Shown: piece by piece, positions 8,901 through 14,427 of the stretch
Layout: each line of letters begins with the position of its first letter
How positions within the stretch are numbered: position 1 is the stretch's first letter
From: an uncultured Myxococcales bacterium
Lineage (GTDB): Bacteria; Myxococcota; UBA4151
Length of the DNA stretch: 14,427 nucleotides
Assembly: GCA_964013405.1 (NCBI GenBank)
Contig: CAXGWI010000092.1
Coordinates: 1 to 14,427 of the forward strand
Direction: 5' to 3'
Translations under genes and position numbers: made by a program
Notes under the pieces: generated by a model
What the model was told of the DNA's origin: nothing
Database searches by the model: none
What the model saw: only the letters and a program-made list of their open reading frames with translations

Positions 8901-11900
8901 TCATGGATGTGGCTGCTCAGGAGGTCTCCAGTTTCCAGATGATGGACGAAGGAGACCCCCTGCGGGCCTTGATCCAAGAGCTCCCGCGGGCCGTTGCCAG
9001 CCATGGCAATGAAGTCCTGCATCGTCGACAGATCGACGCGGTGCATGTGGAGAACTGGCAGGTCCAAGATCGGATTCAGGACCTCTTCGAGAAGGAGGCG
9101 GTAGAAAGCCGTCAGTCCGATTACGAAGATCATCTCCAGACCGAGGACTTCGTCGACTTTACCGAAAACCACCAGGCTTTCCGTCATCGTCAACGGGTGC
9201 ATCTCGCCCTCGGCCGGTGGCCGGTTGTGCCCTTCATGGCTGGCACGGCAACGGCAGAGTCTGTGGCCGTTCTCGATCGCTCTGCGGGCGAGGTGCTCAC
9301 CGAGGTTGATGCTGCAGTCGCCGACATCCATTATTATCCAGGCCGGGTTTTTCTCCATCCCAACGGGCGATATAAGGTCCGGGAGCGGGAGCAATTGAAA
9401 GGGGATGCCAAGCAACTCCCCCGGCTGCTGGTGGAGCGGATCGAGGACGATCAACTCTCAAGCCCGCGAAAAACCCATAAGCTCATAGACCTAGGAGATG
9501 AATGGGATTGGCGGGAGGATCGAATCAGCATCGGGCGCTTCCCGATCGCGGTCCAAGAAGGGCCTGTGGCGGTCGAGACCACCGTCGAGGGTGTGAATCT
9601 ACTCGAGGCCACCAACCTCAAGTTGATGGAGCGCCGCCAATTCAAGGAGAGTTCGCCCAAGTGTGACTACGAGACCCGTGCGGTCTACATCCGCTTTGAA
9701 GAGCATATGGAGCCCAAGGGTGGGGCGCCACCGGTCCAGCTGCTGGCGGCGACGGGGCGGAGCCTCTTGCCCCTGCTGATGCGGGGCTGTGAAGAGTATG
9801 TGGACGTCCACCTGCTGGGCTCTGAGGCGGTGCCCGAGGGCCTCGCGCTTTGGGAGACCGTCCCCGGTGGGATGGGCTACATGGGGCGTTTCTATGATGA
9901 ACTCGTCCTTGATTGGCTGCGGCTCATTCGTATGCGCCTCGAGCGCTCTGTGGACGTGCATCGTCTGGTGGCGGTCCATGACCACACGGGGAAGCTGGGC
10001 GGTGTTCAGGCCGATCGAGAGAAGGCCTTTGAGACCCACGGTGACAGCCCACTGGGCCGGGCCCTGGCCTGGCTGGATGCGGTCCTCGAAGGCGAGTCCG
10101 ATCCCGGTCAATTCATGGGGCAGGTCACCCACGGCGGTCTTCCCGGTGAAGGGCAGAGCGGTGATATTGGGCGAGTCTGGCAATCCGACAGCGGGCGGAC
10201 GGATCAGCTGGTCTGGACTGAGCACCGTTGGGAGTTGAGCGCCCGCTTGGCCCATCTGCTCCAATACCGAGAGGTCATTCTCCACACAGCCCACGAGCGG
10301 CAAACCCTCCAGAGCGCGCTGCTGTTTAGCGACAATATCGAGGACTTGGTCGCTCGAGCACAGGATTTAGGTTTCCTCATGCGACTCGAGGGGGGCGGGA
10401 AGCCTTCCATCGAAACCAACAGCGAGCGCTACTCTGAGGAGTTCTTACCTTGGGCGATCAACGCCAACGTGGCTATCGACTTGGCCATGGAGCGGTTGAG
10501 GCCTTTGGGTCACCTCTTCGCTCGAGTGGCCCAGCAGTTAACCGAGGCGGTGGACAATAACCCGGGCCTCGGGCGCTACCTCACCGCGGAGTTCATTCTG
10601 GGCTTCGTCCAGGCCATGGATCACGATGAAAGCCTCAAGCACCTGCGGGATATCAAGGTCCAAAAGACCGAGAAGGAGCCCACCGCCGAGGAGAAGCCAC
10701 CGGCCGGGGGTGTGGTGCTCGAGTTCTCCGATCTCAAATACGATGAGGCCACCAAGCAACTGCAGCACGCCTCCACGGGCAAAAAGATCGTCGTACACTT
10801 ACGGGATCGGGACAAAGGAGAGCAGGAGCCACGCCTCCATACCCATTACTGCGCGACCATCTCCAAGTTCAACAACGAGGGGAAGTTCGACCGGGCCTAT
10901 ATCGCGGCCAAACCCGGCGCAGACAGCTACCGAGTCATCAGCACCGACACCGGCGAAGCCAGCGAGCTCACCTTGCCCCACTGTGGTCATTGCGAGCGCA
11001 TGACGGCGGCCGTTGAGAAGGCCACCATGATTCCCCAAAAGACGGTGGAGATGGATTACCAAGAGGCCCAAATCGTCTCGCCCTTGAGGGCCTTGGCGAT
11101 GCGCAGTGGCAACACGGAGTCCAAGATGCTGCTGGCCGTGGCGCTCCTGCGGCTCTTGGGGATCGATGCGATGATGATGAAGAACAGCCTCACCGGCCGC
11201 CGTCGCCTTTTGGTGGCCTGCGACCCCAGCGCCGATCAAGGCGCGGGCTACGACGGCTATCTCCTCAAAGAGGGTTTCGAGGATGAGCATTGCATCGTCC
11301 CGGTCGAAGGCAGCAAGTACTTCCTCGCCGACGTGGCCGAGCCCCTTCAGCCTGGACGGGTAGGGGAGCCGGTCACGCTGGCCGAAACCGAGATGCTCGA
11401 CATTGCGAGCGGTAACCTCATCCAGTTCTTCGTGACGAAGGGCTGGAAGCCGTTGACCGGCAGCTCCGAGGCACCGGAAGCCTTCTCCGGCGTCCAGCGG
11501 CAAACGGGTCGCGCCCAGGATCTCCATGGTGCCGTCGCTGCACCCTTACCCGCGATCCTCCTCGCTGAGCAGGCCGCGTTTGTCCATGAACTGACGGGGC
11601 TGAGCCCGCGAGATGCGGAGCGCTTGGTCATCGAGGCGCAGCCTTGGCGCCTCGATTCGGCGAACACGTTGATCGAGATGAGTGATGGGAGTGCGAGCCT
11701 ACCTGTGGAGGAGAAGGGGCGCCCCTGGGTGCAGCCGCTCCTCGATGGTTTGCGTCGAGCCCATTGTCGTATCAAGAGCGCCGATTTAGATCCTGAGCGG
11801 GCCGAGGCCATCGCCCACGTGGCATCGGTCTATGGTTTGGAGGCGAGCCTCATCGAGGCATGGCTCGATGGCAACCACGCGGGTCGCCCCTTGGATCAGG

Positions 11901-12052
11901 CCGGTGGGCGGGAAGCCTGGCGCCGTCATGGTGATTATCGGATCGAGGCCGGTGACACCCATTACCTCCTTCGGGGCACGGCTTCGCTCAGTGCCGGTCG
12001 CTTTATGCAAGCGATCCAGCGCCGCTACGGAAAGGAACAGGCCCATGGCTAA
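5918..12052 (+). CDS. Giant multidomain membrane protein: multi-TM N-terminus + degenerate MrfA/YprA (DUF1998)-like SF2 helicase module + degenerate transglutaminase-like domain
   Basis: A 2044-aa ORF. Its GTG overlaps the gene 2 stop (GTGA 5918-5921) and is preceded by GAAGGGGGGG. About 5-6 hydrophobic helices lie in the first ~525 aa. Helicase-like motifs occur in order from 7868 to ~10090, and transglutaminase-like motifs from ~10590 to 11370. The stop TAA is at 12050-12052. Confidence 0.88.
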   Translation: MSMIGTFIALAVLITILVIGYFVGPLLSILHLFIAGIWYVRVKKHNKEKRRERPSTGPVYFLTGATVLAIYVVVYALDKTLAATTIDGPKGGVSYFFWAIWEPFGVGGWVDGALYDRASMLIHTVLILPMLWLGVTFFRRYLLKKNPAEKSWMWRGIEFVAGLLRLQAFLKGGQEKTAREEEEEKAAGGPKEEKWPPEGEKPSWEIKQEWPYHQIGYDTGGAPDRTWLWPHETSPVFRKWMWTLVFGCLVVVTASNCVGKGNGVGSAFGPLKGLIAGEAQKKLGETLDAVGEELSGGDDAVEGHWWQTFVGSGQELDDPVVLVGRDIRASDPRFVAAMRLAQHKERGLAVYTLAEPDRKIERLLERASKGDVQHAYVRLLEGEKKPFKAGKKRDEFLRSLKAFTQADAYTEADVKALGFSDIADSPFAQMRGTKDTQLEDEWGLGMLSKVKPGAKGEGADWEPPALSPGIIKARVARAGEPVKNFLKDMGDALANAGGGIHYGTSKGLWLASFWFCILLLMALDTTTVPPPEEKPSVEAEEPPVHFGLVELLTAITRANADGDIADPPEIDGRAEKDPPRPHGKLVGVGKNRCVWPGGLDDEREIGDKAEASAAAGEEADRTTAQLSRLVKEFVQQLEPSGDGSTEAQGKLMESQRRALENYAAARQRTSGLIGSIQSTGDNLIEERGARLVTASRSLNPLLIGPEGSGRTTTLALFAADTVLQYCRRVLWICTDERHREQVVNGGGGQRGLEDWFMRSNLRWGIKRGVGLSGPGSVDSNRVEGIRTDIAFLTLEELGNIHLELPGRYDELFTEVGMVVLDDLDRLSGLEEQKAYWVLRRLNSRLEQDADSPVSLFWAASCSQVAEGAVTWAEDLVGQNFDSVDFEKLKGAPQVKRYRFYLNEFIDKRRNPLTVHDLVRWLEALKIPWHLRRCEAHLRDLDLVSAVSGLANTYHVADPRQAAVVILQGNFAEANREATRLAHAGSLSARECMGFFMDVAAQEVSSFQMMDEGDPLRALIQELPRAVASHGNEVLHRRQIDAVHVENWQVQDRIQDLFEKEAVESRQSDYEDHLQTEDFVDFTENHQAFRHRQRVHLALGRWPVVPFMAGTATAESVAVLDRSAGEVLTEVDAAVADIHYYPGRVFLHPNGRYKVREREQLKGDAKQLPRLLVERIEDDQLSSPRKTHKLIDLGDEWDWREDRISIGRFPIAVQEGPVAVETTVEGVNLLEATNLKLMERRQFKESSPKCDYETRAVYIRFEEHMEPKGGAPPVQLLAATGRSLLPLLMRGCEEYVDVHLLGSEAVPEGLALWETVPGGMGYMGRFYDELVLDWLRLIRMRLERSVDVHRLVAVHDHTGKLGGVQADREKAFETHGDSPLGRALAWLDAVLEGESDPGQFMGQVTHGGLPGEGQSGDIGRVWQSDSGRTDQLVWTEHRWELSARLAHLLQYREVILHTAHERQTLQSALLFSDNIEDLVARAQDLGFLMRLEGGGKPSIETNSERYSEEFLPWAINANVAIDLAMERLRPLGHLFARVAQQLTEAVDNNPGLGRYLTAEFILGFVQAMDHDESLKHLRDIKVQKTEKEPTAEEKPPAGGVVLEFSDLKYDEATKQLQHASTGKKIVVHLRDRDKGEQEPRLHTHYCATISKFNNEGKFDRAYIAAKPGADSYRVISTDTGEASELTLPHCGHCERMTAAVEKATMIPQKTVEMDYQEAQIVSPLRALAMRSGNTESKMLLAVALLRLLGIDAMMMKNSLTGRRRLLVACDPSADQGAGYDGYLLKEGFEDEHCIVPVEGSKYFLADVAEPLQPGRVGEPVTLAETEMLDIASGNLIQFFVTKGWKPLTGSSEAPEAFSGVQRQTGRAQDLHGAVAAPLPAILLAEQAAFVHELTGLSPRDAERLVIEAQPWRLDSANTLIEMSDGSASLPVEEKGRPWVQPLLDGLRRAHCRIKSADLDPERAEAIAHVASVYGLEASLIEAWLDGNHAGRPLDQAGGREAWRRHGDYRIEAGDTHYLLRGTASLSAGRFMQAIQRRYGKEQAHG
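7868..10090 (+). other. Degenerate SF2 helicase module (MrfA/YprA/Hrq1-like) within gene 3
   Basis: The motifs are Q-motif-like LMESQRRA (7868), Walker A-like GPEGSGRTT (8027-8053), Ia-like RVLWIC, Ib-like TDIAFLT and Walker B-like MVVLDDLD (DDLD 8378-8389) followed by VLRRL. Further family-like blocks are VAVLDRSAGEVLTEVD....IHYYPGRVFLH..GRYKV (~9260-9380), GPVAVETTVEG, YETRAVYI and LWETVPGGMGY (~9848-9880). Confidence 0.75.
10592..11370 (+). other. Degenerate transglutaminase-like (papain-fold) domain within gene 3, split by an insert
   Basis: FILGFVQAM ... SPLRALAMRSGNTESKMLLAVALLRLLGIDAMMM ... EGSKYFLADV...PG resembles the pattern FVQ.I.Y...P.E.L....GDCDxKxxLxxxLL..LG....L...H....G..Y...E....G. 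The catalytic Cys position reads Thr (GNT, 11108-11116). Confidence 0.7.
12032..12036 (+). promoter_or_regulatory. Ribosome binding site for gene 4
   Basis: AAGGA lies 8 nt upstream of ATG 12045. Confidence 0.65.
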
Positions 12053-12479
12053 GCAGCGGGAAGAAGACGCTGTCTTTGTCGGCTTTGAAAGCAATCTCCC
12101 TGAGCGGGTGCATCGGGAGCGCAAGGATGAGAGTCTGGGGCCGCCTCCGGTGGATCCCGACCTGATCGCTGCGGCCCTTGAAGAAGCGGAAGCCGCCGAG
12201 GCGAAGAGCCAGGAGGCACCACCAGCGGAAGCAGTGGACGACGAGGAGTTCGACGACGAGGAGTCCGAAGGAAAACCCTGGTTAAAATGGGTGATTATTG
12301 CCGTGGTCGTGGCTGCCATCGGTTACTTCGCTTACCGTCAGATGCAGGACACACCCGAGCCAGCGCCGGCCCAAGAAAGCAGTCAGCCGGCGCAGCCGAA
12401 CGAAGCTGAGGAAGGGGACGGGCCAGAGCCAAGCCCGGCCGATACGCCTCCAGCAAATGATCAAGAGGAGGCGCCGTGA
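12045..12479 (+). CDS. Small acidic, Pro/Glu-rich single-pass membrane protein (144 aa), function unknown
   Basis: ATG 12045 has an AAGGA RBS and overlaps the gene 3 stop by 8 nt; the ORF-track start at 11832 is over-extended. One TM segment, WLKWVIIAVVVAAIGYFAY, is flanked by low-complexity acidic regions. Confidence 0.85.
   Translation: MAKQREEDAVFVGFESNLPERVHRERKDESLGPPPVDPDLIAAALEEAEAAEAKSQEAPPAEAVDDEEFDDEESEGKPWLKWVIIAVVVAAIGYFAYRQMQDTPEPAPAQESSQPAQPNEAEEGDGPEPSPADTPPANDQEEAP
12465..12471 (+). promoter_or_regulatory. Ribosome binding site for gene 5
   Basis: GAGGAGG lies just upstream of GTG 12476, which overlaps the gene 4 TGA. Confidence 0.7.
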
Positions 12480-13150
12480 GCACCGAGACCGAAACACCGC
12501 AGCCTGCGGGCGACGAAGTGGAGGCTGCCGAGGCCCGTGAAGCGCCGGCTGCCGAGGCAGGGCCCGCGGCCGTTCAAGCCCCTGAAGATCCGCCGGCGGC
12601 GGTGCCGGCCACGGAGGAGGAGATGGAGCCTCAGCGCAGTCCAGCCATGGACTGGGCCGTGGCCTTCACGGCCCAACAGCCCTTGGGTCATGGGCGGATT
12701 GAAGGGGTGATTCTCAGCGGCTCGGCGATCTACACGATCTTGCGGCAGGCCTTCGGTGATCGACTGAAGGATCACGGCCTGATTCACTACGGTTCAAAAC
12801 ATTATCTCGTGCCGACCAAGACCCAGTGGGAGCACCTGCTGGACGAGACTCTTGATTTGGACAGTCGCTTGCAGGGGACTCCGTGGTTGCGGGCTGATTT
12901 GGCCTGGCCTTTACGCTTCGACCTCCTACGTCGGGCCGCGGGCTCTGAAGCGACGGACTCAGAGGTGGGCCTGGTGCCCCTGGCCTGCGGCGTGCTCGTG
13001 GATCTTCCGGTGGCTGCCGGGCGTTCTTGCCTGAATGTTTTGATCAGTCATGATGAGGGCAAAAACCAGGTATGGATTGTGGATCCAGCCAATGGTCGGC
13101 GCCGGCCCGTCGATGGCTCGGATCGAGATTTGACGGTCGTCTACATTTAG
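12476..13150 (+). CDS. Hypothetical protein: acidic disordered N-tail + degenerate papain/transglutaminase-like domain (MOA Agglutinin_C-like)
   Basis: A 224-aa ORF with GTGA coupling and a strong RBS. HYLVPTKTQWEHLL ... WLRADLAWPLR ... LACGVLV ... SCLNVLISHD ... VWIVDPANG parallels Y..P.......I / FDCDDFA..LK / A.G...G / HAxN..I / V...EPQ of MOA-type domains. Confidence 0.8.
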   Translation: MSTETETPQPAGDEVEAAEAREAPAAEAGPAAVQAPEDPPAAVPATEEEMEPQRSPAMDWAVAFTAQQPLGHGRIEGVILSGSAIYTILRQAFGDRLKDHGLIHYGSKHYLVPTKTQWEHLLDETLDLDSRLQGTPWLRADLAWPLRFDLLRRAAGSEATDSEVGLVPLACGVLVDLPVAAGRSCLNVLISHDEGKNQVWIVDPANGRRRPVDGSDRDLTVVYI

Positions 13151-13162
13151 ATAGGCGGCGCG

Positions 13163-14427
13163 GTGCTCCTTTCCGCTTTCGTGTTCAGTTTGGGAATGAG
13201 CCTTCCGGTTCTGGCCGGGGCTGCGCCTGGGCCTGCCGAGGCTTGTCTTGAGGTGTTTCCGGGGGGGGTGGCGCGGCCGGAGGAGCCGATGCGCCGCGCC
13301 CAGACTTGGACCCTTTGGGCCCAGCAAGCGGACCACCCGGTGGGATTCTACCGCCAAGCCGCCAAGCTCTATGAATGCGCCATCGAGAAGTCGAAAGCGC
13401 TTCAGAAAGAGGACAGCGAAAATGTAGGGAAGTACGCAGCCCTTCAACGGCAAGCTGAAACAGCGCTCCAACAAGCTCAGGTACGGGTTGAGAACAACTG
13501 GGATACCTTTCGGAGTCAGTACCCGGCGGTGTGGTGGTTCTTAGATGAGAACCCGACCATCGAGCGTTACGAGGACGCCGACATGGCCGCCGTGGGGCAG
13601 GCCTGGCACGGACTGGTCGCTGGCCTGGAGCCCTTGAAGATCCCTCGCCTGACCGTTCTGCCCCGCTGTCTTGAGATGGCTGGGATGAAGACAGGCCATG
13701 ACAAAGCTGCGAGCTGTGCCCATTTACGAGGCGAGCTACTCCAAGTCCTATCGCAAAGCCCCCGCTTTCAAGGCGTCGATGATGCCCGGGCTGTGGAGCT
13801 GCTGGGTGCGGACTATGACGACCTTGTGACGGAGCCAAAGGCTGCAGGCAGCGAAGAGGAGCGAGGGCTCGTTAGGCGCTTGGCCGCTGGTCTTGGGGTC
13901 GGCGAGGTGATGCTCCTTGATCTACGGCTCAGCGACCGATTCCACCTGCCGGCGGAACAGGATTGGGCCGATGTGGCCCGTATCGACTTGAATTACCGGA
14001 TCTGGAGTGAGCGGGAACAGGCCTGGACCGCCGACGGACGTCGAGGCGCAGTGGTGGCCAACGTGGGCAAGGGTTGGGGGATTGGTTTCGTCGCGATCAT
14101 CTTGCTCTTTATCATCTCCGTTCTGTTCGCCACCGTGGCCAGTTGGTTACGCAGGAACCTGGATCGGTTAAAGGCCGGGCGGGGGCTGCAACTGGATAAG
14201 GCGGAGTCACTGGACGAGGACTGGGTTAAGGCTTTGATCCTTTACTTGGGGGTCCCGCTTCTCGGCTTTACGGTGGGCGGTGGGCTCGGGGTTCTCGCCG
14301 GCATGGTGAGCGAGCAGTTTGTCCCCAGCTGGGGCACGCCGGCGCTTACGCCCCTACGGGTAGTGTATATACCCCGCGTTCACGTACTCTGGTGGCCCTT
14401 CATCCATGGTTTCGTGGTGATGGTCTT
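13163..14427 (+). CDS. Exported-domain multi-pass membrane protein, probable TolB-N/CsgG-like domain; 3'-truncated
   Basis: Translated by hand: the frame is open from GTG 13163 to the window end (421 codons, no stop). It begins with signal-peptide-like MLLSAFVFSLGMSLPVLAGAA, then a helical region, then LTVLPRC...LRGELLQVLSQSPRFQGVDD...RLAAGLGVGEVMLLDL...RIDLNYRIWS. TM segments follow at ~14075-14146 and ~14231-14306, with a third starting near 14385. The exact start codon is uncertain. Confidence 0.85.
   Translation, partial: MLLSAFVFSLGMSLPVLAGAAPGPAEACLEVFPGGVARPEEPMRRAQTWTLWAQQADHPVGFYRQAAKLYECAIEKSKALQKEDSENVGKYAALQRQAETALQQAQVRVENNWDTFRSQYPAVWWFLDENPTIERYEDADMAAVGQAWHGLVAGLEPLKIPRLTVLPRCLEMAGMKTGHDKAASCAHLRGELLQVLSQSPRFQGVDDARAVELLGADYDDLVTEPKAAGSEEERGLVRRLAAGLGVGEVMLLDLRLSDRFHLPAEQDWADVARIDLNYRIWSEREQAWTADGRRGAVVANVGKGWGIGFVAIILLFIISVLFATVASWLRRNLDRLKAGRGLQLDKAESLDEDWVKALILYLGVPLLGFTVGGGLGVLAGMVSEQFVPSWGTPALTPLRVVYIPRVHVLWWPFIHGFVVMV

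Noticed and set aside
7868..10090. Pseudogene, or canonical DISARM/Druantia helicase
   Set aside because: The ORF is intact over 6 kb, so it is not a pseudogene. The catalytic motifs are altered, and no methylase or other DISARM/Druantia partner genes are in the window.
11832..12044. N-terminal extension of gene 4 given in the ORF track
   Set aside because: It would overlap gene 3 by more than 200 nt; ATG 12045 has a good RBS and a typical short overlap.
12523..12558. 12-bp direct repeat GGCTGCCGAGGC (two copies)
   Set aside because: It simply encodes the low-complexity AAEA repeats of the gene 5 N-tail; there is no array structure.
616..13838. Many long minus-strand ORFs (e.g. 974-1885, 2222-3118, 4407-5366, 7055-7861, 8651-9454, 13185-13838)
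   Set aside because: They lie antisense to well-supported genes, show no recognisable motifs, and are expected shadows of high-GC codon usage.

Overview
A high-GC bacterial window entirely filled by one tightly packed + strand operon of at least six genes, truncated at both window edges. (1) A tubulin/FtsZ-like GTPase of the Tubulin_2 / 'FtsZl1' type with an intact GGTGSG signature. (2) A membrane-anchored paralog of gene 1 whose GTP-binding motifs are erased and which carries an FlgD-type Ig domain inserted in the tubulin fold. (3) A 2044-aa protein with several transmembrane helices, a degenerate MrfA/YprA/Hrq1-type (DUF1998) SF2 helicase module, and a degenerate transglutaminase-like domain interrupted by a putative Zn-binding insert. 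(4) A small acidic single-pass membrane protein. (5) A degenerate papain-like (MOA Agglutinin_C-type) protein. (6) An exported or membrane protein with a probable TolB-N/CsgG-like domain, absent from the ORF track because it runs off the window. The main pattern is one apparently active GTPase alongside four pseudo-enzyme domains and several membrane anchors, suggesting an uncharacterised envelope-associated, tubulin-based apparatus. All family assignments come from motifs recognised by eye and need profile or structure searches. No RNA genes, CRISPR arrays or mobile elements were seen.
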